Shown: positions 42,882-50,746 of the stretch, piece after piece | Layout of the letters: each line of letters opens with the position of its first letter | How positions within the stretch are numbered: the first letter of the stretch is position 1 | Assembly: GCA_050012735.1 (NCBI GenBank) | Contig: JBEKGP010000001.1 | Coordinates: 2,055 to 66,054, forward strand | Origin: Candidatus Dormibacteria bacterium | GTDB taxonomy: Bacteria; Chloroflexota; Dormibacteria; Aeolococcales; Aeolococcaceae | Reading direction: 5' to 3' | DNA: 64,000 nt | Translations under genes and position numbers: made by a program | Notes under the pieces: model-generated | The model's input: the letters and a program-made list of their open reading frames with translations, nothing else | What the model was told of the DNA's origin: nothing | The model's database searches: none

Positions 42882-43092
42882 GTGACGAGTGAAAGCAGCC
42901 TGCTGATCGATCCCGATGGCATCACCGAATTGTGGGTGGGGGAGGGGACCCTGGAGTTCGGCGATTCACTGTATGACCCCTTCCTGGCGAAGATTCCCGC
43001 CCGGCAAGTGGTCCACTCCGAGTTCATCGTCCACGACCACCCTGGGGTTCGGGGAAATCCTGATCGAATATCTGGCAGATCGTCGGGACTGA
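42882..43092 (+). CDS. hypothetical small ORF, possibly frameshifted near 43050
   Basis: The GTG start is followed by well-biased codons for ~58 codons (LLIDPDGITELWVGEGTLEFGDSLYDPFLAKIPARQVVHSEFIVHDHP). A +1 frame then reads EILIEYLADRRD* with stop at 43090-92. The listed 298-aa ORF runs antisense into the next gene. Confidence 0.2.
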
Positions 43093-43118
43093 CGTTCTGG
43101 TCAGCCAGCGGCTCGGGA

Positions 43119-43646
43119 TCAGCTCCGCGCCGATGTGCGAGGCAGACGCGCTCCGTGACGGCTACCTGGCGAACTGTCTGGGCCGGCGAGGCTGAGGATC
43201 GTCACGTAGCAGATCACCGCCAGAGCAAATCCGGCCGACATGAGCATCGAACTGATGTTCTGGTTGTACTTGAGGAAGCTGGCCCCGTTGAAACCGGCGA
43301 AGATGATCGCCGTCAGGCCCACGGCCGCCAGCCACACGGCGGCCCGGCGTCCCGCGCGCGCCGAATGGACCACCAGTTCGATGCCGCTCAGGAGCAGGAC
43401 GGCGCCGATGACAACGTGGACAACGAGCAGCGGCAGCCCGCTGGTGAAGCTCCAGAGGACGCTGCTGACCGCGCCGCTCAGGTACGGACCGCTGCCGGCC
43501 CCGGGATGATGGGTCGGGATGGTCACGTACAGGTTGACGGACACACCGATCAGGAACTGCACCACGAGCACCATGAGCGTCGTCGCGGTCCGGCGCCTCA
43601 GGACGCCGAGCCGCCGGTCGGTCTCACTGGCCACGGCGCCGATCAT
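43119..43646 (-). CDS. four-TM membrane protein, hypothetical
   Basis: From ATG 43646 the translation reads MIGAVASETDRRLGVLRRRTATTLMVLVVQFLIGV..., with four hydrophobic helices. The upstream 40 codons of the ORF are low complexity. Confidence 0.6.
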   Translation of the reverse strand: MIGAVASETDRRLGVLRRRTATTLMVLVVQFLIGVSVNLYVTIPTHHPGAGSGPYLSGAVSSVLWSFTSGLPLLVVHVVIGAVLLLSGIELVVHSARAGRRAAVWLAAVGLTAIIFAGFNGASFLKYNQNISSMLMSAGFALAVICYVTILSLAGPDSSPGSRHGARLPRTSARS

Positions 43647-43748
43647 GGCATAGGCCGAGCGGCGACAACGGGGCTCTCCGGCAGGACGGCTGCCCACAGG
43701 CTGGTGCTCCTCGGGAGCCGCACCCTCGCGCGGGCCTCCCCGCCTCTT

Positions 43749-43776
43749 GTTCCTGATAAGATACATTATCAGGAGT
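43749..43776. other. dif-like Xer recombination site candidate (11-6-11)
   Basis: The sequence is GTTCCTGATAA-GATACA-TTATCAGGAGT. The 8-bp arms CCTGATAA and TTATCAGG are perfectly complementary, with an ATAA-N6-TTAT core as in E. coli dif. The site lies at the gene-orientation switch. Confidence 0.45.
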
Positions 43777-44296
43777 AAGAAGCGGGACTAGGGAGACGTC
43801 GGCGGTAACGCCCTCCATCGCCCCTCCCGGCCGGATCAGGCTGTGACCCAGCCTGTTGGCTACTTACCTGCACCCGCTCCGGGATCTGCAGCGTTTGGGA
43901 CGTACCGCTCCCAATCCGATAACTCACGTCGGTATCTTGAATAGTCCAGGACTGTGAGAAGCGGCCAGAGACTTGGAGAAGCGTGACGATGTCGTAGAAG
44001 GCTCCTGAGCTGACTACGACGCCAGCCGCCTTTTGCACTCTCCCTTCGAGGGCCTCCCCCGCCTGCGCTGTGGCCAAACCGGGTGCAGCCAACACCGCGT
44101 CAGTCAGCGTCCCGGTCACCGGCTCGACCCCGGACCATTCAACGACGACCGGCGCGGACGTGGGATCGATCACCACGCCGACATGCTCGATGGTTATTTG
44201 ACCCGGACCGAGGACTTTCAGCACTGTGGTGCCGTCAGTCACCCCCGCTACGGGCTCTACCCAGTCCAGTGTGACGCCAGTCGCGACTGGCCCCAC
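43769..44296 (-). CDS. hypothetical protein with atypical (lower-GC) composition; 5' end unresolved
   Basis: The long frame is open from 44605, but between the fixX stop and GTG 44296 it has no ATG/GTG/TTG. It uses many A/T-ending codons. No family is recognised. Confidence 0.35.
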   Translation of the reverse strand: MGPVATGVTLDWVEPVAGVTDGTTVLKVLGPGQITIEHVGVVIDPTSAPVVVEWSGVEPVTGTLTDAVLAAPGLATAQAGEALEGRVQKAAGVVVSSGAFYDIVTLLQVSGRFSQSWTIQDTDVSYRIGSGTSQTLQIPERVQVSSQQAGSQPDPAGRGDGGRYRRRLPSPASYS

Positions 44297-44477
44297 ACTG
44301 ACGATGCTGGTCGGTGCCGACGGGGTCGTCGGTCCTGGAACAGATGGCCAGAAGATTACCTTGGCTACTCGGCCCGTCGATCCCTTGGCGCGACCGACTC
44401 TGGGCCTCCGCCGCCTCCTGGAACCCCGCAGCCATCGGCCCGAGCAAATCCCCGGCGCGGCACATCTGGCTGGACGT

Positions 44478-44762
44478 CTACCCTTCCCGATAGTTGACGC
44501 CGTATCCGCCGCGAGGGTAGTGCCACTGGATCGCGCCAGGCGCTGCAACCGCAAAGCACGAGCCGCATTCGAGGCAGCCGGCGTAGTCGGCGACGAGTTG
44601 CCCATCGCGCTCCTGGTACACGCCGGCTGCGCAGACGGCGATGAGGGCCTTGGCGGTCCCGGTGGACCGGCAGAGCTCCTGGTCGATGGTGATGTGCGAC
44701 TCGTCCTCGTCGATGTGGAAGCTGTCAGCGGCGAGCCGTTGCGGAATGGTGGTCTGCTTCAT
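44478..44762 (-). CDS. fixX: ferredoxin-like protein FixX
   Basis: The 94-aa protein contains CRSTGTAKALIAVCAAGVY...GCLECGSC...WHYPRGGYGV. Its start overlaps the fixC stop. Confidence 0.85.
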   Translation of the reverse strand: MKQTTIPQRLAADSFHIDEDESHITIDQELCRSTGTAKALIAVCAAGVYQERDGQLVADYAGCLECGSCFAVAAPGAIQWHYPRGGYGVNYREG

Positions 44763-46081
44763 AGGGATCGCACCCCTGCCACTGCATCGCGGAGCAGCCG
44801 TCTCAACTTGACGGGTGACGTCTTGAGGGCCTGGCGGGCCAGGCGCGCGAGGTGCTTGCGAGGCGTGCCGTCGAGGCTGTAGGTGCTCTGGAGGATGCTC
44901 GCGGCCAGCTCCTCGTACGCGCCGTAGAGCTCGGGCCGCTCGAAGAACTTCGGAGCGCGGGCGTAGGTGCGCATGTCCTGGAGCACGAAACTCTCCTCAA
45001 GGCGCCGGCGGTAGCCGGCCAGGCCCGACTTCGAGGTGTCGCCTTTGGCGATGGCTTCCGCCGCGGCGTCGGCGGCGGCGATGCCGGAGCCGATGGCAAG
45101 GTCCATGCCTCGCACGACCAGTCCGCTGTTGATGGTCAGCCCAGCCGCCTCACCGGCGACGAGCATGCCATTCATGGCCAGCTGGCCGACCATCGCGTAG
45201 CCGCCCTCGGCGATGAGGTGGCAGCCGTACTCGAGGAGCTCGCCGTCCCGGAGGTAAGGCGCCAGCATGGGGTGCTGGCAGAGGTGGTCAAAGACCTCGG
45301 CAGCGCCATGACCCGAACGCAGGAGGTCGTCCAGGCGCAGGACGACGCCGAGGGAGAGCGACTGGGTGTTGGTGTAGAGGAATCCTCCCCCGCCGACGCC
45401 GAGGGTGCAGTCACCGACCAGGGCGAAGGCAGCGCCTTGGTCGTCGGTGAGGGCGAAGCGCTCCTCAATCGTTCGCCGTGGAAGCCCGACGACGGCCTTG
45501 ATCCCGATGCCCAACTGGTTGATCGGCGGTTTGGCCGTCAGCCCGACGCTGCGCGCGAGGAAGGAGTTGACGCCGTCCGCGGCGATCAGGACTCGGGTCC
45601 GCAGCTCGTCGTCACCGGCTCGCAGGCCGACGATCGTTGGCGCGCCGTTGGGGCCGGGCTCGGTGAGCAGGGAGTCGACCCGAACTCCCGTCATAAGGAA
45701 CGCTCCCGCCGCCTCCGCCTTCGCCGCGAGCCACGGGTCGAAGTTCGCCCGCAGGACGGTGACGGCGTTGACAGGGTCGGACAGCAGGCGGCTGCTGTGG
45801 TCGAGGGCGACGGCGGAGTCCTTTGTCATCAGCATCGCGACGTGACGCGTGACCTTGCGTTCGACGGGTGCCTCGTTGGCGTAACCGGGGAAGAGGTCGT
45901 CGAGCACCCGACCGTAGAGCACGCCCCCGGACAGGTTTTTGGAGCCGTGCGTCGCCCCTCGTTCGACCTGCACGACCGACAGCCCCGCCTTCGCGAGCCG
46001 GTAGGCGGCGACCGAGCCAGCCGGTCCAGCGCCAACCACGGCCACATCGAAATCGATGGCCGGCCCGCCGGAGTTGGTCAC
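44759..46081 (-). CDS. fixC: FAD-dependent ETF-quinone oxidoreductase-like protein FixC
   Basis: GTG 46081 overlaps the fixB stop (GTGA). It contains FDVAVVGAGPAGSVAAYRLA and GEAAGL. Confidence 0.9.
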   Translation of the reverse strand: MTNSGGPAIDFDVAVVGAGPAGSVAAYRLAKAGLSVVQVERGATHGSKNLSGGVLYGRVLDDLFPGYANEAPVERKVTRHVAMLMTKDSAVALDHSSRLLSDPVNAVTVLRANFDPWLAAKAEAAGAFLMTGVRVDSLLTEPGPNGAPTIVGLRAGDDELRTRVLIAADGVNSFLARSVGLTAKPPINQLGIGIKAVVGLPRRTIEERFALTDDQGAAFALVGDCTLGVGGGGFLYTNTQSLSLGVVLRLDDLLRSGHGAAEVFDHLCQHPMLAPYLRDGELLEYGCHLIAEGGYAMVGQLAMNGMLVAGEAAGLTINSGLVVRGMDLAIGSGIAAADAAAEAIAKGDTSKSGLAGYRRRLEESFVLQDMRTYARAPKFFERPELYGAYEELAASILQSTYSLDGTPRKHLARLARQALKTSPVKLRRLLRDAVAGVRSL

Positions 46082-47013
46082 CGGACAGTCTTGAGCGCTG
46101 CGACCAAAGCCGGCACGATCCGGTACAGGTCCCCGACCAGCCCGTAGTCGCACTCGGAGAAGATCGGCGCATCGGCGTCCGAGTTGACGGCCACTATCAC
46201 TTCTGCGTCACGCACCCCGAACATGTGCTGCAACTGGCCAGAGATGCCGACCGCCATGTAGAGGCGGGGGGAGATGTGCTGGCCGGAGATTCCGATGTAG
46301 CGCTCCTTGGGCATCCAGTCCACGCCCTCGGCGAGCGGCCGGCTGCAGCCGACCTCGGCGCCCAGCGCGGTGGCCAATTCCTCGATGAGGGTCAGATCGG
46401 CTTTGGCCTTGAGCCCGCGCCCGATCCCAACCACAACCGGCGCAGATGGAAGGTCGACCGAGACCCCCTCGTCGGAGCGCCTTTCGACGACCAGGGCGAC
46501 CGTCATCGGAGTGGCCTCGACCTGCTCAACGGGTATCGCGGTCCCCGTCGCGCTGACCTGTCCACCGGAGGGTAGGGCCAGGATGGCGGGGCCGCCGTCG
46601 ACAGACTCCCGACATTCGGCTATTCCGCTGAAGAGGATGCGTGTCAGGGTCACACGGTCACCTTCCAGGTCCAGCGCGCTTACACGCGTGAAGACGGGAC
46701 CGCCACAACGAACCGCAACGGCACCGAGCAGGGCCCGTCCCGCCGTGGTGTCGGGGCCGAGGACGACCCGCGGCAGCCCCTCCCCCACCTGGCGTGCCAC
46801 CTCGGCTGCGAACGCCTCCACGGGGGTTCCCTCCGGTGGCTGTCCAAGCCAGACGACCCGGTCCACCCCCGCCGTGGCCACCTCGTCGGCGACGCTCTTG
46901 CGCCCAGCCACGACCGCAACCAGCTTGCCCGCCCGCAAGCGGCCGAACTCGATCAGTCCGCCGACCGCTGCATCGTCAGCGACGATGATCCACGTGTCGA
47001 GGGAAGCACTCAT
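46078..47013 (-). CDS. fixB: electron transfer flavoprotein alpha subunit (FixB/EtfA)
   Basis: ATG 47013 follows GAGAGGAA. It contains YIGISGQHISPRLYMAVGISGQLQHMFGVRDAEVIVAVNSDADAPIF. Confidence 0.9.
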   Translation of the reverse strand: MSASLDTWIIVADDAAVGGLIEFGRLRAGKLVAVVAGRKSVADEVATAGVDRVVWLGQPPEGTPVEAFAAEVARQVGEGLPRVVLGPDTTAGRALLGAVAVRCGGPVFTRVSALDLEGDRVTLTRILFSGIAECRESVDGGPAILALPSGGQVSATGTAIPVEQVEATPMTVALVVERRSDEGVSVDLPSAPVVVGIGRGLKAKADLTLIEELATALGAEVGCSRPLAEGVDWMPKERYIGISGQHISPRLYMAVGISGQLQHMFGVRDAEVIVAVNSDADAPIFSECDYGLVGDLYRIVPALVAALKTVR

Positions 47014-47050
47014 CTGCTGTTGTTCCTCTCTGTGCACACGACCCGCGCGC

Positions 47051-47833
47051 CTACAGCACGTTGCGCTGGCGGAGCGCGCTGATCAGTTGGGCGGCAGCCG
47101 CTGCGGGTTCGCTTGCTTCGACGACCACGTGTTGACGTCTCGCGTTGTCCGGGCGGGAGGTCGCCACCCTCGACACCACGACCTGGCCCTCGGGCACATC
47201 GAGGTCGTCGAACTTGACGAGCTCCACCGGTTTTTTAGCGGCGGCAAGGATGTCCCGCATACCGGCACGACGCGGGACTGCCGCATCGGCCACTGCCGTG
47301 AGGACCGCCCCGCCGGCCACCGCAAGCGTCTCACTGCCACCCGGTACATCGCGCTTCACCCTCAGTCCCCGGTCTGTCGCCTCCACCTCACGGACGCCGC
47401 CGAGGCCGATCCACCCGAGGTGGGCGGCGAGGGTCATGGAGACCTGGCCCTCGTTGACGTCAACCGATGAAACCCCTGCCAGCACCAGGTCGACCTCACC
47501 AATGCGGTGTATCAACGCCGCAAGCACCGCCGCCAACGTCGTGCTGTCGGCAGTCTTCAACCGATCGTCCGCGACGAGCACGAGCCTGTCGATGCCTCGC
47601 GACAAGACAGTCTTGCATGCCAAGGAACTGGAGGCCGCGGACCCACCGGCGGTGACGCCGATCACCTCCGCTCCGGTGAGGTCCGCAAGGCTTCGGGCTA
47701 GCTCGAAGGCGACCGGATCGTACTCGCTCAACGCCTCCGTCGCGCGGCGCCAGTCGACGATGCCGTCAGGATCGACCTGAGCGTCCTGGGGGTTCGGTGC
47801 CCATTTGTAGAGGGCGACGACCCTCATTCCCAT
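47051..47833 (-). CDS. fixA: electron transfer flavoprotein beta subunit (FixA/EtfB)
   Basis: MRVVALYKWAPNPQD...LSEYDPVAFE...ILAAAKKPVE parallels E. coli FixA. The start is at 47833 or 47827. Confidence 0.9.
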   Translation of the reverse strand: MGMRVVALYKWAPNPQDAQVDPDGIVDWRRATEALSEYDPVAFELARSLADLTGAEVIGVTAGGSAASSSLACKTVLSRGIDRLVLVADDRLKTADSTTLAAVLAALIHRIGEVDLVLAGVSSVDVNEGQVSMTLAAHLGWIGLGGVREVEATDRGLRVKRDVPGGSETLAVAGGAVLTAVADAAVPRRAGMRDILAAAKKPVELVKFDDLDVPEGQVVVSRVATSRPDNARRQHVVVEASEPAAAAAQLISALRQRNVL

Positions 47834-47864
47834 CTTCTCATCATCTGGAGCCGATTCCACCCGC

Positions 47865-48932
47865 TCAGGGCTGGAGAATGAGCCGGATCGGGTCGCCTTC
47901 CTTGGAAGACACCTGCCGCACGCCTTCCGGTGCGTCCTTCAGCGCGAGCACTCCGGTGACGGACGCCGACAAGTCGAGCCGATGCCAGCGGACGAGGCCG
48001 ACGACGTCCAACAGGTCGCTGTTCTCATAGCCGTAGTGGCCGCGGATCTGCTGCTGCATGTAGCAGAAGAAGACGGAGTTGTGGATGGCGAGCGGGAGAG
48101 GGGTCAAACCGATGACGCTGAACACACCCTTGGGTCCGAGGACCGATAGGGCCTGTTCACGTGCCACGGGGTCGCCCACGACATCGACGGCGACATCCAG
48201 ACCCAGCCCACCGGTCGCAACCCGAATTTGTTTGGCGACGGAGCTGTCAGCTGGGTCCAAGGCCAGATCGGCACCCGCGGCCAGCGCACGCTCACGTGCC
48301 TTGGGCAACGGATCGAGAGCGATGACCGGAGCGCCGCCGACGGCCCGGGCGATCTGGACGGCATGCACGCCGAGGCCGCCAACGCCCCAGAGCCCGATCG
48401 AGCGACCGGGACGCAGGCCTCCTGTCCGCACCAGCCCTGCGTAGGACGTCGACACGGCATCAGGAATCACGGCGGCCTGCTCGAAGGGCAGGTCGTCAGG
48501 GATGGGAATCAGCGCCTGGTAGTGAGTGATGGCGTACTCGGCCCAACCGCCGTCGTAGTTGACACCTCGGGTCTGGGGCCGCAGGCATGGCCCGCTGTCG
48601 AAGATGCACGGCGGGCAGAACCCGCACCGCTTGCCCGCGGCGAGCAGGACGCGCGCTCCGACCTTCCACATCGGCGGCACCCCGGGCCCGACCTTCTCCA
48701 CCTCGCCGGCGACCTCATGGCCCAAGGTGACGGTCGGCTGCCACGCACCCGTGGCGGCGATGTCGTCCTTGGTCAAGGTCCCGTCGATCAGGTGGACGTC
48801 CGACAGGCAGATCCCTGCCGCACGGACCTTCACGCGCACCTCGCCGACCCCCGGCTCGGGCACGTCGATATGGGTCATCTCGAACTTGGTGTTCACCAGA
48901 TCCAGCCGTCCGGCCAGCATCGTAGAAGACAT
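47865..48932 (-). CDS. zinc-dependent alcohol dehydrogenase (MDR family)
   Basis: It has the catalytic Zn ligands (AAGICLSDVH, GHEVAGEV), the structural Zn motif CGFCPPCIFDSGPC, and the Rossmann motif GLWGVGGLG. Confidence 0.85.
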   Translation of the reverse strand: MSSTMLAGRLDLVNTKFEMTHIDVPEPGVGEVRVKVRAAGICLSDVHLIDGTLTKDDIAATGAWQPTVTLGHEVAGEVEKVGPGVPPMWKVGARVLLAAGKRCGFCPPCIFDSGPCLRPQTRGVNYDGGWAEYAITHYQALIPIPDDLPFEQAAVIPDAVSTSYAGLVRTGGLRPGRSIGLWGVGGLGVHAVQIARAVGGAPVIALDPLPKARERALAAGADLALDPADSSVAKQIRVATGGLGLDVAVDVVGDPVAREQALSVLGPKGVFSVIGLTPLPLAIHNSVFFCYMQQQIRGHYGYENSDLLDVVGLVRWHRLDLSASVTGVLALKDAPEGVRQVSSKEGDPIRLILQP

Positions 48933-48996
48933 GGGATGTTCCCTTAATCGTTGAGCTGATTATTGACGAGTGGAACTCGTCCAGTCACGAGCTGTC

Positions 48997-50349
48997 CTAG
49001 CGGGCCATGACCTCGGCCGGGTTGTAGGTCTCGTGCTCGTAGTGGCGGACGATGTCGGTCGCAGCGTTCAGAGCCAGCATCTCGAGGGTGCCGTCCTCGA
49101 CCCACAGGCACCGGGTGTCACGGAACAGCTTCTCGACCATCGCCACCTCGCTGAGGCCGCCCGCCCCCCAGATCTGCACGGCGTCGTTGGCGACCTCGAA
49201 AGCGATCCGCTTCGTCAGGATCTGCGCGGCCCGGGTGTGGCGGGGCGACGCGAAAGCCGTCGCTGGGGCCGTCCCACCGAGCATGGCGGTCTCGCGCACC
49301 ACGTGCTCCAGGGCCTTGCGCGCATAGGCGCGGGCGCACTCGACCTTCTCGAACATGCTGTACAGGGTCAGCCTGACATTCTTGTGCTCGGCGATCACCT
49401 TGCCGCCCTGCACCCGCTGACGTGCGTAGTCGAGCGCCTCCTCGAACGCGGCACGGGCCACGCCGACCGCGACCTGAGAGATGAGGGCGCTGGTCATGCA
49501 CAGCAGCTGGTCGCCGAACAGCATGTACAGAGGTCCCGGGGGGACCAGCACGTTGGCGTCGGGAAGCCACACGTCGTTGAAGAAAAGCTCACCCATCGGC
49601 TCGTCGTGCATGCCCAGCAGCTGGGTGACCGGGCCCTTGGTGACCCCCGGGGTGTCGAGGGCCAGCACTGCGAACAGGCCGCGGCGTAGATTGCCCTCGG
49701 CACCGGCCTGGGCGTGGAGAGCGACGTGCGTGGCCACGGGGGCCGAGCTCACCCATGCCGACTTCTGGCCGTTGAGCCGCCAACCGCCCTCCTCCTTGAC
49801 GGCGATCAGCTGGGCCTTGGGGGCTTCCCCGTCCCCGGTGTCCCACAACGACACGTAATCACTTCCGTGATTCGGCTCGGTGATGGCCCAGCAGCCGTGG
49901 AACTTGCCCTCGGTGTCGTTGAGCCAGGGCTCGAAGATCTCCTTCTTGAGCTCCGGTGAGCCGAAGGAGGCAACCGACATGAACGGAACCATGTCGCACG
50001 CGAATGCGGTGGCGAGCCCAAGGCTGCCCCAACCCAGCTCCTCGAGCACGATCGCTTGCGTCAGCGCCTTACTCTCCGCGATGCGCCCGTCGGGGTCCTC
50101 CGTTCCGGGCTCGAGGGGCAGGAACAACTCGTGGAAACCGAGTCTTTTCAGCTCGATCATGGCTGAGAAGAAGGGTGAACCGGGTGCCGCCCGATCCTGC
50201 GGAGCCATCGAGTCGAGATCTGCCGCCGCCGGCCTCAGCACATCAACCGCGAAGCGATGCACCTCGTCCCGCAACAAGCGGTCCTCGTCGCTCAGACGGT
50301 CAAGTTCAAGAAAGCTGGAACCAAGGTCGGACATGAGGCGCTTGCCCAC
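48997..50349 (-). CDS. acyl-CoA dehydrogenase family protein
   Basis: The GTG start follows AAGGGGA. It contains CWAITEPNHGSDY, QIWGAGGLSE and C-terminal VEDGTLEML, the region that carries the catalytic Glu. Confidence 0.85.
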   Translation of the reverse strand: MGKRLMSDLGSSFLELDRLSDEDRLLRDEVHRFAVDVLRPAAADLDSMAPQDRAAPGSPFFSAMIELKRLGFHELFLPLEPGTEDPDGRIAESKALTQAIVLEELGWGSLGLATAFACDMVPFMSVASFGSPELKKEIFEPWLNDTEGKFHGCWAITEPNHGSDYVSLWDTGDGEAPKAQLIAVKEEGGWRLNGQKSAWVSSAPVATHVALHAQAGAEGNLRRGLFAVLALDTPGVTKGPVTQLLGMHDEPMGELFFNDVWLPDANVLVPPGPLYMLFGDQLLCMTSALISQVAVGVARAAFEEALDYARQRVQGGKVIAEHKNVRLTLYSMFEKVECARAYARKALEHVVRETAMLGGTAPATAFASPRHTRAAQILTKRIAFEVANDAVQIWGAGGLSEVAMVEKLFRDTRCLWVEDGTLEMLALNAATDIVRHYEHETYNPAEVMAR

Positions 50350-50746
50350 GGGAAATCCCCTTGCCTAACTGGATTATTTGGTTTGGCCCATAGCTTGGCG
50401 ACTATCTTCCGAAAGCAGTCTCCGGGGCCTTGATGCCGACTTTGGCGTGCCGGATGCGGTGGTGAATCTCGCACCCTTCTCCTGCACTCCAGTCATGTAT
50501 GGGTTGTCAGTCTAGAAACCCCCGCGTACCCGTGCCACGGCCATGCGACCCACTGTCACCAGGACCTTCGGGCGCAGGGACGCGCATCAACATGCGGACA
50601 CGCGCCACCTCCCCTCCTCCTCCATGCGGTCTGGGACGGCGCGATCTGGCAATCGGCGCGGCATGCTCTGGTGAGCGACTGCCGATGCAGCTCTCGCGCC
50701 CTGCTCCGATGACGGGGCGAGGCCGCCCGAGTGCCACCATCCCGGT

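Noticed and set aside
42836-43027. A 63-aa minus-strand ORF in the low-GC spacer after cyoE.
   Set aside because: It has Ser/Arg-rich composition and poor codon bias. The plus-strand frame over the same bases looks more coding-like.
43057-43080. aatCCTGATcgaatATCTGGcagat, and a similar ACATCTGGCTGG at 44462-44473, as possible degenerate second dif copies bounding an IMEX.
   Set aside because: The arm spacing does not give an 11-6-11 layout. The similarity is limited to 5-7 nt and is easily chance. I mention it only as something a proper search should test.
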